The notes: generated by a model from the letters alone, not told the origin. Counted from the first letter of the stretch, positions 49,236-62,666 are shown. The stretch is DNA of 64,000 nucleotides from Squalus acanthias (GCA_030390025.1 CM059432.1:43464001-43528000); one strand, 5' to 3'. Numbers and translations: made by a program.

Positions 49236-50339
49236 CCCGCAATCTAACTAACAAGTTCCAAGTGAGCTAATTTACACAAGTTATAATGAAGGCCAGTGAG
49301 AGTGAAACTCCACGTTTCCTGCTTTTACACTCGCAATGTGCTCAGGGCAAGTTAGACTGAGAATTATGAGGCACAGGTGTTACTAAGATAGCTGAGACAG
49401 GCAGAAGAGAGAAGTTGGAGAGTTTCAGTAATGATTTCTGCAGCTGGGAATGACTTTTTGCAACTTTTTTTGGCATTCTGCCTACACGCACCTGGACTTG
49501 CCGTTCACAGTTTCTGACAGTGTGAGAATACTGGGAGATTTTCATCCTTCTTTTCCCCAGCCCCAACTTCCCCCCATCCCCCTCCCACCTGCTATGAGGG
49601 CGACTCAGGAGCAGGTATGAGATTTCCTCTGACCATACCCTTGTATGCCATTATAATGGAGGAGGAGAATTCACACAGGATGGTGTAAAGGAGAGTCAGG
49701 CAGCATTTAAGGAGGATGGGCTCAACCATATATTAACCCCCCACCCCCATAGAATATTTAGGCAACACAGCTGTATGACACTAAACTCCAAGAATAATAA
49801 AGCATGACATACATTCACATTTTATTTTATTACAACAAACTCCAAAATGAACACAAGCCAATCTATTCTTTCCTAACACCATGCTTCCTCTGGGCATCTA
49901 CATGTACCTTTCCTTCTATTCTAGTGCACAAGGTGCAACCTGAGTGCCAGTATCGCAAGATGTCGTTGGCTGCTCATGTTCTACAAAAGGGTTATTGGAC
50001 TGAGGGACCCTCCTCTCATGACAGCTTGCTCCTTGTAGGGCGCCACTGCTGGCTGCATCTCTGGGGCTTGTACCTGGGCATCCTGGTTGGTCTTGTCTCC
50101 TACATTTCACTGGTGTGGTGCTCTGAGGGGAGGAAGGCCAGAGGCCTGGCATGTGTTGCTGTTCTAAGAGATGGCAACCTCAGGCAGGTCAATTCCAGCC
50201 ATAGCCATTCCACTGGGGTCCACTTCTCTTCCTCATTATCTTCATCTTCCTTCTCTTACTCCTCTGGTACCCTTTATTGCTGTGGTGGATCTTCAGGAAA
50301 GGAGGGTACAATGGGTGAGCATTATCCCTTGCGATTTAA

Positions 50340-50940
50340 AAAAAAAATCATTTATGGGATGTAGGCATCACTGGCAAGGCCGGCACTTTATTGTCCATCC
50401 CTAGTTGCCCAGAGAAGGTGGCGGTGGGTCTTCTTGAACTGCTGCAATCTGCACGGTCGCACAATGCTGTTAGGAAGGGAGTTCTATGACTTTGACCCAG
50501 CGACAATGAAAGAACGGTGATATATGTCCAAGTCAGGATATATTACAGCAGTGACTACACTTCAAAAGTACTTCATTGTCTGTAAAGCACATTGGGACAT
50601 CCTGAGGTCATGAAAGGTGCTATAAAAATGCAAATTCTTTCTTTCTTTAGTGTGTGAGTTGGAGGGGAACTTGGTGGTGTTGGCGTTCCCATGCACCTGC
50701 TGCCCTTGTCCTTCTAGGTGGTGGAGGTCAAGGGGAGGTAGAGGTGGTTAGGCTCTCTCTTGTTCAAGATGCCCATTGCCTGACACTTGTGTGGCACAAA
50801 TGTTGCGATTTATCAGCCCAAGCCTGGATGTTGTCCAGTCCCTGTTGCATGCAGGCATAGACTTCATTATCTGAGGAATTGCAGATGGAGCTGAGCACTG
50901 TAATTATCAGTAACAGCTCCACTTCTGATCTTATGATGAA
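50340..50940 (-). mobile_element. Fragments of the 14161-type LINE with an inserted SINE tail (~50540-50645)
   Basis: tttatgggatgtaggcatcactggcaaggcc is the reverse complement of the 16165-16205 tail. Confidence 0.65.
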
Positions 50941-52269
50941 GGAAAGGTCATTGCAAAGATGTCAGACAGTCTATTCCTAGCTTTGCCATGAACTGAACCT
51001 AGTTCATACTGAGATCTTAAACTAACCTTATAAAATTATTTCTGTTTGCTTCAATTTTTTCAGGTTAGAATAAGAAATGGTCATCTGTTAAAGTAGTACA
51101 GCATTTGTGAATGAAAAAGTAAAGCACTTCAGTATAGGTCAAGTGCTTCACATTGTGACTGGTAATGTTTCAGCATTTGGATGGATTCACTACTGCGTAG
51201 AATGCTGCGACACACAGATATCTTGAATTACTCAAGATCCCAACAAACCATGGTTAAGCAAAGTGGATTTCCAATTTCTTGACTACTTCTAACAATTACC
51301 TAAAATTCCTCATTCATTAAAAAAAGTTGAAAAATTAATGACAACGGCCCGGAATTTGCAGTCAGCGACAAAGCAAAGGCGTTCGCCGCTGACCCTGAAG
51401 AAAGCTGCCCACAAAGATTCTGTGATCTCTGTGGCTAGAAGTTTGCCTTTTTCGATGTGCAAGTGAGATCAATGTAATATCATGGGGATCCCCTGGAGTG
51501 CTCTGCTGTGACGTCAGCAAGCTGTCTAAGCAACCGATCACAATGCAGAATTCTCACAGACAGGGAACCAGGAAGTGAAGAAGTTGCTTTTATTCAGACT
51601 TTTTAAAAATGTTACAGAGGGTAAAACAAAGATTGGGGCTCTCACATGGGGAAAAGGTAAACCTGAGATAAATATGAACAAGCTTTTAAAAAATAATTTA
51701 AAAAATGTTTTTTTAAAGTTTCTTAAAAATTGTAATTTTTATCATAATGGAGAAATTTGACACTCCACACAATTAAAATTAGTTTTTCAGGGCTATAACG
51801 TTTGTTTACCAGTCAATACACTGTTAAAACCCCAGTTACACCTAATCCAACAAGGCCTAACTTTTAATGGGGTATTTAACAGCGATATTACCAGTGAAAA
51901 GCCCAGGTTTTTGTCAGTTTCACTGATTACACTGACTGGGGGCGGGAAGGCACAACGCAGCCAGTGTTGGAGCAGTGAATGATTGACCACAACTTCATGA
52001 TTTCCGCATTTAGATGCACATGCGCTACATCCTGAAGTTGTGGTCAGATTCAAAGGGGTAATAACAGCGAACGCTGAATTAATCTTAAGATATCCTGAGT
52101 TTAAGGAGCACATACAGTGACAAACATCTGCCCACACTGTAGTCCATCCTCCATGTTCAGTAGATATACATGTATCATGCAGCTAGAGTGTGCTAGAAGG
52201 ATTTGCTATGCAAAGCCGTTTTAAAGTTTCAGCAGGACAGCAGTTTTAGATGTAAATTGCAGTTGCTGT

Positions 52270-53850
52270 GGGACGGAATTTTCCAGGGGGTCAGCGGGCG
52301 GGATTGGTGGTTGGTCAGGTGGGAAAGTGTTTTTTTTTCACAGCGGGTCAGGAACCCACTGTCAACCCACCGCCACGTGCCTTTCCCGATGTCGGGTCTG
52401 TCAGCGCTGAGCAAACCTGACAGGCAGCAGCGGGCGACCCAATTCAGGTAATTAGTGGCTTGTTTAGAGCAACTTAAGAATGATTTTCAGCTTATCTTTT
52501 GCAATTGACAGCTCGCCCACTGGGTCCACGCTGGTCGTGGACCATGTCTGTCAAGCTGAGGCAGGAGTTCAGTGGCCATTGAATCAGCTGTTGAGTTGAC
52601 AGCTTCAAATGTAAAGTAAAAGCTCCCGCCTTACAGAGATATCTTCCCTCAGCCACAAGTTGTTCCTCACTGCATTTCCACAACAGATTCCCCATGCTGC
52701 AAGTCTTTACACAAGTCTCCATCCAGTTGAACTCACTGTTAACAGATCGCTTCTGTCAGTTGTACTTCGCCTGCCATCTATTCCATCAGCATGGGTGCCC
52801 TTTATACTCTCTCACCTTGGTCCTCAGAATCCCACCACGATCAGCCCCAACACCAGGAGCACCAGGCACACCAGCAGCACCAACAACACCAACCTTCTCT
52901 GCAATCAACTGATGCTGCACAGGACACAAGGCATCAGCACCCGACCACTTTGCTGCCCGGGAGGCCAGGGATGGCCTCACCATGGCCAGATTTACTTCAC
53001 TTGACGCTGTACATCCTGGTTGCCACATGATGCGCCAGATTGACACCACCCCACACCAACACCATAAAGCATCCCTACAATGCCCAAGCCATACCTTTCA
53101 CACTCATCGCCATTGCGGGGTGGGGTTGGCAGGGTGGGGGGGGGTTACCGTTATGTCTCACCATTCACTGCAACTCACTAAGCCACTTCCAAAGGTGCAC
53201 ACAAATCTGTTCAAGAACGCAAAGTGTTGAAAATAAAGGTTTCAACGTTTGACACCACATTAACAGAAACTTTACATGAACATTGCATAAAACACCCCAG
53301 TGCCTACCCTTGTGTGTTGTTAGTTGGTATGATTGCACTAGCAGGAGGGTGAGTGTGAGGGGTGGCCTAGTGAGATGGGGATGTGATAATGTAGATAGAG
53401 AGGGATGGGTGGAGGTGCAAGGTAAGTTGCTGTGAGTAAGGATGTGCAGGAGTAGGGTAGGGAAGGCAGAGTGATGGGGATGTGATGAGTGGCACAGCAG
53501 GATGAGGTTGAGTGTGGCTTTGTACTAATGTTTCGTGATCTACTGAGCGCATTGAAACGTTTGTGGCACTGCACCAAGGTCCTCCTGACCACATCCCTGC
53601 TTGTGTCCTCCACTGCAATGTGCAACCAGGCTGTGTTGATCTCCTGGGGAGGTCTCTTCCGCCCATCGGAAGGGAAGAGGACCTCCCTGCGTGCTGTAAC
53701 TCCCTCCATAAGCATATGGAGGGAGTCATGGGAGAGCCTGGGTGCAGTCCTGCACCTTTGTGCAGTGCCTGTCAGTATTTGCAGCACCTCAATGCTGTAG
53801 AACACTAACAACACAAATGTCAAAATAAAGTTGGCTATGGTCCCTTTAAG
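52270..53850. mobile_element. Deleted/degenerate second Harbinger family member (Myb-like exon on - strand, ~53520-53770)
   Basis: APRLSHDSLHMLMEGVTARREVLFPSDGRK...AWLHIA...RTLVQCHKRFNAL; TIR-like gggacggaattttcc at 52270. Confidence 0.7.
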
Positions 53851-56800
53851 AATTCTAAATTAGAGGCATTGGGGGATTGGGAGGCATGCATGAAGGCTTC
53901 GCTTGCAGATCTGCTGAGGTGGACAATATTATGGTGGTGGAAGTAGGTGGTGGCCTACGATGGATCCTTGGGAGAATTTTTAGGTGATGGTGCTGGTATC
54001 CGAAGAGTTGCTATTCCCACAGATACCCTGGATATGGATGGATATGTATGAGTGCAACCAATCAAGGATAGTCCCTTGGAGTTCAACAGTGGAGGAGAGA
54101 CATTGGAGGAGGGTGGTGTGGTCAGGCATGTTGAAAACTGTAGAGCGGTCGAGAGAATGAGAAGGGATAAAGCACCATGGTCACACTGACCGAGAATGTC
54201 ATACATAACTTTTGTTAGGACCATTTTGGTGCTGTACATAGAAACATAGAAACATAGAAGATAGGAGCAGGAGTAGGCCATTCGGCTCCTCGAGCCTGCT
54301 CCGCCATTCAATGCGATCATGGCTGATCATCCAAACTCAGTACCCTGTCCCTGCTTTCTCCCCATATCCCTTGATCCCTTTAGCCTTAAGAAATATATCT
54401 AACTCCTTCTTGAATATATTTAATGAATTGGCCTCAACTGCCTTCTGTGGTAGAGAATTCCACAGGTTCACCACTCTCTGGGTGAAGAAATTCCTCCTCA
54501 TTTCAGTCCTAAATGGCTGACCCCTTATCCTTAGACTGTGACCCCTGGTTCTGGACTCCTCCGCCATCGGGAACATCCTTCCTGCATCTAGTCTGTCTAG
54601 TCCTGTTAGAATTTTATAAGTTTCAATGAGATCCCCTCTCATTCTTCTAAACTCCAGCGAATATAAGCCCAATCGACCCAATCTCTCCTCATATGTCATT
54701 CCTGCCATCCCAGGTATCAGTCTGGTGAATCTTCGCTGCACTCCCTCCATGGCAAGGACATCCTTCCTCAGATAAGGCGACCAAAACTGCACACAATACT
54801 CAAGGTGTGGTCTCACCAAGGCCCTGTACAACTGTAACAAGACATCCTTGCTCCTGTACTCGAATCCTCTCGCTATGAAGGCCAACATACCAGTTGCCTT
54901 CTTAACCGCCTGCTGCACCTGCATGCTTACCTTCATCAACTGGTGCACAAGGACACCCAGGTCTCGTTGCACTTCCCCTTTTCCCAATCTATTGCCGTTC
55001 AGATAATAATCTGCCTTCCGGTTTTTGCCACCAAAGTGGAGAACATCTTATTGATCCACATTATACTGCATCTGCCATGCATCTGCCCAATCACCCAACC
55101 TGTCCAAATCATACTGGAGTTTCTCAGCATCCTCCTCACAGCACAAACGCCCACCCAGCTTTGTGTCGTCTGCAAACTTGGAGATATTACATCTAGTTCC
55201 CTCGTCTAGATCATTAATATATATTGTGAATAACTGGGGTCCTAGCTCCTATCCCTGCGTTACCCCACTAGTCACTGCCTGCCACTTGGAAAAAGACCCG
55301 TTCATTCCAACTCTTTGCTTCCTGTCTGCCAACCAGTTTTCTATCCAAGTCAGTACCTTACCCCCAATCCCATGTGCTTTAACTTTGCACGCTAATCTCT
55401 TATGCAGGACCTTATCGAAAGCCTTCTGAAAGTCCAAATACACCACATTCACTGGTTCTCCCTTATTTATTCTACCAGTTACATCCTCAAAAAATTCCAG
55501 TAGATTAGTCAAGCATGATTTACCTTTTGTAAATCCATGTTGACTTTGTCCGATCCTGTCACTGTTTTCCAAGTGCTCTGCTATTGCATCTTTTATAATG
55601 GACTCTAGCATTTCCCCCACTATCGATGTCAGGCTTACCAGTCTATAATTCCCCGTTTTCTCTCTACCACCTTTTTTAAATAGTGGGGTTACATTAGCTA
55701 CCCTCCAATCCATGGGAACTGTTCCAGAGTCTATAGAATTTTGGAAGATGACCAGCAATGCATCTACTATTTCTAGGGCCACTTCCTTAAGTACCCTAGG
55801 ATGTAGATTATCAGGCCCTGGGGATTTATCAGCCTTCAATCCCGTCAATTTCCCTAACACCATTTCCCTACAAATACTGATTTCATTCAGTTCCTTCCTC
55901 TCATTAGACCCTATGTTCCCTGACATCTCTGGGAGGTTATTTGTGTCCTCCTTTGTGAAGACAGAACCAAAGTATGTATTTAATTGGTCAGCCATTTCTT
56001 TGTTCCCCATTATAAATTCCCCTGATTCTGACTGCAAGGGACCCATGCTTGACTTCACCAATCTTTTTCTCTTCACATATCTATAGAAGCTTTTACAGTC
56101 AGTTTTTATGTTCCCTGCAAGCTTACTCTCATACTCTATTTTCCCCCTCTTAATTAACCCCTTTGTACTCCTTTGCTGAATCCTAAACTGCTCCCAATCC
56201 TCAGGTTTGCTGCTTTTTCTGGCGAATTTATATGTCCTCTCCTTGGATTTTATGCTATCCCTAATTTCCCTTGTTAACCACGCTTGAGTCACCTTTTTTG
56301 TTTTATTTTTATGCCAAACAGCGATGAACAAATTCTGTAGTTCATCCATGCGATCTTTAAATGTTTGCCATTGCCTATCCACCGTCAACCCTTTAAGTAA
56401 CGTTCCCCAATCCATCCTAGCCAACTTGCGCCTCGTACCATCGTAATTTCCTTTATTTAAATTCAGTACCCTAGTCTCTGAGTCAACTACTACTTCACTC
56501 TCCATCTTAATGAAGAATTCTATCATATTATGATCACTCCTCCCCAAGGGGCCTCGCACAACAAGATTGCTAATGAATCCTTTCTCATTACATAATACCC
56601 AGTCTAAGATGGCCTGATCTCTAGTTGGTTCCCCGACATATTGGTCCAGGAAACCATCCCGTATACACTAGAGGAATTCCTCTTCCACAGTATTGTTACT
56701 AATTTGGTTTGCCCAATCTGTATGTAGATTAAAATCACCCATGATAACTGCTGTGCCCTTATTGCACACATCTCTAATTTCCCGTTTAATACCATCCCCA

Positions 56801-57130
56801 ACCTCAGCATTACTGTTTGCGGGTCTCTATACAACTCCCACTAACATTTTCTGCCCCCTGGTATTTCTCAGCTCTACCCATACAGATTCCACATCATCAG
56901 AGCTAATATCCTTCCTTACTATTGTGTTAATCTCCTCTTTAACCAGCAATGCTACCCCACCTCCTTTTCCTTTTTGCCTGTCCTTCCTGAATATTGAATA
57001 CCCCTGAATTCCCAGCCTTGGTCACTGTAGCCATGTCTCCGTAATCCCAATTATATCATATCCGTTTACATCTATTTGCGCAGCTAATTCATCTACCTTA
57101 TTACGAATGCTCCTCGCATTAAGACACAAA

Positions 57131-57903
57131 GGGGGAAAAATTCAGCTGCTTGCGCCTCCCGTTAGCGCCTTAAATGGGCGCTAATGGGGCGTAAAGCAGC
57201 TAACGCCCGGGCGCAGCGCCGCCCACGCCTCCCGAAAAATTTAGTGGGAGGTTAGCGGCGGCGGCAGCCGGTAGCGCCCTGTGGCGCTGCGCCGCCGGCG
57301 ATGACGTCATCGCCGTGCGCAGCGCCCCGCTCGCGCCCCGGCCGTGATCTTCAGTCGCGCCCCCTGATTTACCGCCAGACGCTATGTCCGACGGGTTCAG
57401 GGGGGCGTACGTGCGGCCGGGGCGGCGATATTTAAAGGGGAGGTGGCAGGCGGCCATTTTTGTTGCTGGCCGCCTGCCAGCACCTGCCCCCGTTGCTGTC
57501 CCCGGCCCCCGTGAAGCCCCCCCACCGTGAAGTGCCGGCTGCGCTCCAAGAGCCCGGCACTTCTCTTGAGTGCCGGGCTCTTTTGCCGGCACTCCCGATC
57601 CCTGGGAGCCCAGCTGGGCCCCGGTTCGCGCTGCGCAAGGCCCCTCCCCTTTAAGAAGGGGAGGAAGGCCTGCAATACCGCGGCGCGACGTGCCGCAGCG
57701 CATGGCGCTGCGGCACGTAGCGCCAGGATATTCACTCGCAGCGCCCCAAGAGGGATGCGGGGTGCTTCCAGTTGCGCCCCGCTTCCCTCTTGGGGCGCAA
57801 CCACTGAGGTTCCGGCGCGGGGCCGCTAATTTTTTCGGGGCGCTAAAAGTCGCGCCCCGGCGAGGTTAGCGCCCCAAATGGGGCGCGACTCAATTTTTAC
57901 CCC
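57131..57903. mobile_element. Non-autonomous Harbinger element, CpG-rich
   Basis: TIRs gggggaaaaatt / aatttttacccc; TSD AAA; splits the CR1 endonuclease motif LKALCLNARSI. Confidence 0.88.
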
Positions 57904-57936
57904 AAAGCCTTCAGGCTTGTTTTTTTAACACTCTTA

Positions 57937-58829
57937 GGGGTAAAAATTCACTTGGTTGCGCCACCCGTTAGCGCCTTAAGAGGGCGCTAATGGGGCGCAA
58001 AGCCGCTAACGCCCGGGCGCAGCGATGTTTGCGCCGCTCGAGAACTTAACTTGAGATTGTGCGGCGGCGCTAAAACTTACCGCTGCGACCACCTGCGCGC
58101 GCAGATTGTGACGTCATTCCATGGTGCAACGCCCTTGGGGCGCCCCGTAGCGGAAATTGAGTGGCGCCCCCTGCCTTACCGCCTGGCGCTTCCAACGACC
58201 AGAAGACTGGAACGCTATCAATCGCTGTGGGGCTGGGGGGGGCGCTATTTAAAGGGGGCCTCTTCCTGTCTTTTATTGTTGGTGGCATTTTTGAACTACG
58301 CATTCTGAGAGAGAGAGGGAGAGACTTCTGGAGAGATTCAACGTTGTGTGAAGGAGTTTTGGGTACTGAGCAGCACTTTGCAGGTTCATTTTGATTTGCC
58401 ATTCCTTGTATCGATTTAGCAGAGACCGTGGGAGCTGCACTCTGAGCTCTTTGCCTGATGCTCTCCATTGTTCTTTCCAGCACATTTGATGTGCAAGTCT
58501 CTCCAGGCCGAGATTCAAGGCAGCAATGAACAGGATGTGGATGGAAAGCAAGATTAACCATCCCCTTTAAGAACTGGCCCATGCCATTGTGTGTGTGTTC
58601 CATTGCTGACTGACATTACATGAGCTTCGCCAGCGCTCCGAGTTAGCGCCTCACTGCTCGGCCTTTGCGCCTTAAGGGAGGTGTGCAGCGCCTGCTTTAG
58701 CGCTCCACTCACCACCCGGGGCGGTAAAAGTGAAGTTTCCCGTCAGTGCCGATAATTAGCGCCAGGCGCTAATATTTGCGTCCGGATGATATTTGCGCCC
58801 CAAATGGGGCGCGACCTAATTTCTACCCC
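57937..58829. mobile_element. Internally deleted Harbinger related to 29528-33586, in opposite orientation
   Basis: TIRs ggggtaaaaatt / aatttctacccc; TSD TTA; left part matches rc of 33190-33586 and right part matches rc of 29528-29790. Confidence 0.9.
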
Positions 58830-58985
58830 TTAGACCTTTTAGAATTATTGTTTACTGTGGCCATGTTTGATTTACACCCTTGATTTCTCTGACTTCCACT
58901 TTTGCTTTTCTCCTTCCTGTCTTTTGCTTCTATCCTTGCTTCCCTTTCCTCTGTCTCCCTGCACAGGTTCCCAACCCCTGCCATT

Positions 58986-59935
58986 TTATTTTGAACCCTC
59001 CCCAACAGCACTAGCAAACACTCCCCCTAGGACATCGGTCCCGGTCCTGCCCAGGTGCAAACTGTTCAGTTTGTACTGGTCCCACCTCCCCCAGAACCGG
59101 TTCCAATGTCCCAGGAATTTGAATCCCTCCCCCTTGCACCATTCTTCTAGCCACGTATTCATCTGAAATGTCCTTCTATTTCTACTCTGACTAGTACGTG
59201 GCACTGATAGCAATCCTGAGATTACTACCTTTGAGGTCCTATTTTTTAATTTACCTCCTAACTCCCTATATTCAGCTTTTAGGACCTCATCCCATTTTTT
59301 ACCTATATCATTGGTACCTATATGCACCACGACAACTGGCTGTTCACCCTCCCCCTCCAGAATGCCCTGTAGCCGCTCCGAAACATCTTGACCCTTGCAC
59401 CAGGGAGGCAACATACCATCCTGGAGTCTCGTTTGCGGCCGCAGAAATGCCTATCTATTCCCCTTACAATAGAATCCGCTATCACTATAGCTCTCCTGCT
59501 CTTTTTCCTCCCATCCTGTGCAGCAGAACCACCTATGTTGCCAGGAAGTTTGTTGCTGCTGCCTTCCCCTGATAAGCCATCCCCCTCAACAATATCCAAA
59601 GTGGTATATCTGTTTGAGAGGGGGATGGCCACAGGGGACCCCTGCACTACCTGCCTGCGCCTACTACTCTGCCTGGCGGTCACCCATTCCCTTCCTGCCT
59701 GTGCAGCCTTTACCTGCGGTGTGACCAACTCATTAAATGTGATATCCACGACGTCCTCAGCATCGCGAATGCTCCAGTATGTATCTATTCGCAGCTCCAG
59801 CGCCGCAATACGGTTTGCCAGTAACTGCAGCTGGATACACCTCCCGCACAGTTGGTCGTCAGGGACACAGGAAGTGTCCCTGATTTCCCACATAGTGCAG
59901 GAGGAGCATGCCACGGGGCTGAGCTGTGCTGCCAT
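58986..59935 (-). pseudogene. CR1 ORF1p: zinc finger/leucine zipper + SGNH esterase (one frameshift near 59395)
   Basis: CSSCTMWE...CGRC; VIADSIVRG; VHIGTNDI; NSLHL. Confidence 0.85.
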
Positions 59936-60744
59936 GACTTAACCTTTAATTAATTTAAATTAAATTAAATCAAATCAATACCACCAATTACACTACAATT
60001 AAATGATATACTCAAGGGCCCTTGTTTACTAGCACTCCCCATTACACAACAGAGACCTTAGAAACTATAACCACAAAATTAAGACCTTCTAAACTTTATA
60101 AATTATTAACCTTAACTGTCAAACTATAGAGTAGTATAAATACTCACCTGGCCGTACTCACCCAATCAGCTGCTTCCTCTTGCCCACGTCACTTTTTGAA
60201 TCATGACGTGGTTCTGGAACGCCGCCGCCGGTCTGTGAGATTGGTAAGCCTCTGAAAGAAAGCCCGCGAAAGTGAGTTTAAGTACTCACTGTACCGCCGC
60301 TCTCTGCTCCTCCTGACACTGGCCTCTGTAAGCAACGTGGAATCCTGACTGGAGATAATCAAACAAGGAGTTGCATGAAAAATGGTCAGAGATCTGGGAG
60401 GTGACAATGCGTTCAAGGAACTTCAAAAGGAAAGAAGGTTGGATATAGGGCGATAGTTAACATGGACAGAGAGGCTGATGATGGCTGTTTTTAAAGGTGC
60501 TGAGAGGGGGCTATTTACATTATCAATTAGCATGGGGTCAGGAAGGGATGTTTAATGGCCCTGAGCTTAGTGGACATGAGGTCAAGTGAGCAAGAGGTAG
60601 GTCTCATGGATGTGATGTGCTTGGAGAGGTTTGAAGAGATGGAGCAAAACTAGAGATGGAGAGAGAGACAGTGAGGTTCTGTCTTTGGTTAGGGTGTCCC
60701 TGAGTATCAACTAAGGTGACTCTTGTTTCCCTAACTATATAAGA

Positions 60745-62666
60745 CAATGATGTGGAGATGCCGGCGTTGGACTGGGGTGGACAAAAATGAGAAGTCGCAC
60801 AACACCAGGTTATAGTCCAACAGATTTATTTAATTTTACAAGCTTTCGAAGCAGTTCGCTCCTTCGTCAGGTAAGTTAGCAATGAGAGAATCTCCCAGAA
60901 TTCACAATTTAAACCCAGACAAAATCTATTCACATTATTCCCTACAACAAAGAGCACAGCCAAGACAATGAGATGTGTCCCAGGGGGTCCAACGTGTCAA
61001 ACCACCTGCTGGCTGCATATCCTGTCAATTTGTGTTCTTGTGTTAGTCTTTTTAAAAAAAAACACATGAGAAGACCGGCCATGATGTCAAGTCACGTTCT
61101 GTATCGTGACATGAACCCGATATCGCGATTGAGGCCATCCTCATGAGTGCGGAACTTGGCTATCAGTTTCTGCTCTATGATTTTGCGCTGTCGTGTATCT
61201 CGAAGGCTGCCTTGGAGAACGCTTACCCGCAGATCCGAGGCTGAATGCCCCTGGCTGCTGAAGTGTTCCCCGACTGGGAGGCAACCCTCCTGCCTGGCGA
61301 TTGTTGCGCGGTGTCCGTTCATACGTTGTCTCAGTGTCTGCATGGTCTCGCCGATGTACCATGCTCTGGAGCATCCTTTACTGCAACGTATCAGGTAGAC
61401 AACGTTGGCCGAGTCACATGTGTATGTACCGTGTACCTGGTGGGTAGTGTCCTCACGTGTAATGATGGTATCTGTGTCCATGATTTGGCATGTCTTGCAG
61501 AGGTTGCCGTGGCAGGGTTGTGTGGTGTCTTGGTTGCTGTTCTCCTGAATGATGGGTAATCTGCTGCGAATGATGGTACTTTTGAGGTTAGGCGGCTGCT
61601 TGAAGGCGAGTAGTGGAGGCGTGGGGATGGCCTTAGCAAGGTGTTCGTCGTCATCGATGACATGTTGAAGGCTGCGAAGAACATGGCGTAGTTTTTCCGC
61701 TCCGGGGAAGTACTGGACGACGTAGGGTACTCTGTTGGTTGTGTCCCGTGTTCGTCTTCTGAGGAGGTCTATGCGGTTTTTCGCTGTGGCCCGTCGGAAC
61801 TGTCGATCGACGAGTCGAGCGTCATATCCCGTTCTTACGAGGGCGTCTTTCAGTGTCCGTAGGTGTCCATCGCGTTCCTCCTCGTCTGAGCAGATCCTGT
61901 GTATTCGCAGGGCTTGTCCATAGGGGATGGCTTCTTTAACGTGGTTAGGGTGGAAGCTGGAGAAGTGGAGCATCGTGAGGTTGTCCGTGGGCTTGCGGTA
62001 GAGTGAAGTGCTGAGGCGTCCGTCTTTGATGGAGATTCGTGTGTCCAAGAATGAAACCGATTCTGAGGAGTAGTCCATGGTGAGTTTGATGGTGGGATGG
62101 AACCTGTTGATGCTATAGTGTAGTCCTTTCAGTGATCCTTCGCCGTGGGTCCAAAGGAAGAAGATGTCGTCGATGTATCTGGTGTACAGCGTTGGTTGGA
62201 GGTCCTGTGCAGCAAAGAAGTCTTGCTCGAACTTGTGCATGAAGATGTTGACGTATTGGGGTGCAATTTGGTCCCCATGGCTGTTCCGTGTGTTTGGGTG
62301 AAAAAATGGTTGTCGAAGGTGAAGACATTGTGGTCAAGGATGAAGCGGATGAGTTGTAAGATGGCGTCTGGAGATTGGCTGTTGTTGGTGTTGAGTACTG
62401 AGGCTGTCGCAGCGATGCCGTCATTGTGGGGGATATTGGTGTAGAGTGCCGATACGTCCATTGTGACGAGGAGTGTTCCTGGTTCAACTGGTCCATGGGT
62501 GCTGAGTTTCTGCAAGAAGTCTGTAGTGTCGCGACAGAAGCTGGGAGTTCCCTGTACGATGGGTTTCAGGATGCCCTCGACGTACCCAGAGAGGTTCTCA
62601 CACAGGGTTCCGTTGCCTGATACGATAGGACGTCCGGGTGTGTTGGCTTTGTGTATCTTTGGGAGA
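60745..62666 (-). mobile_element. Penelope-like retroelement (RT + Cys linker + GIY-YIG), 5'-truncated, one frameshift near 62260
   Basis: LPKIHK..PGRPIVS, MDVSALYTNIP, GTAMG, YTRYIDDIFF, PCHGNLCKTC, VVYLIRC...YIGET...RMNGH. Confidence 0.92.
60836..60874 (-). ncRNA. Minimal type I hammerhead ribozyme in the Penelope 3' region
   Basis: Reverse complement reads UUAC CUGACGA A GGAGC gaacu GCUUC GAAA GCUU GUAA: conserved core, stem I, stem II and palindromic AAGCUU stem III. Confidence 0.75.

Larger units (their letters stand above)
54236..60320 (-). mobile_element. Near full-length CR1 LINE (5'UTR, ORF1, ORF2, 3' tail), interrupted by two Harbinger derivatives and apparently inserted into an old L2
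   Basis: ORF2 fragments 54337-57120; ORF1 59935-58986; tail (gaaacata)n at ~54240. Confidence 0.92.

Noticed and set aside
49804..50364. 186-aa ORF
   Set aside because: No recognisable domain; the - strand has an acidic stretch possibly from a decayed Harbinger tail, but evidence is too weak to call
57200..57869. Several overlapping Ala/Gly/Arg/Pro-rich ORFs and a CpG-island-like promoter
   Set aside because: Explained by the GC-rich non-autonomous Harbinger bounded by TIRs and a TSD
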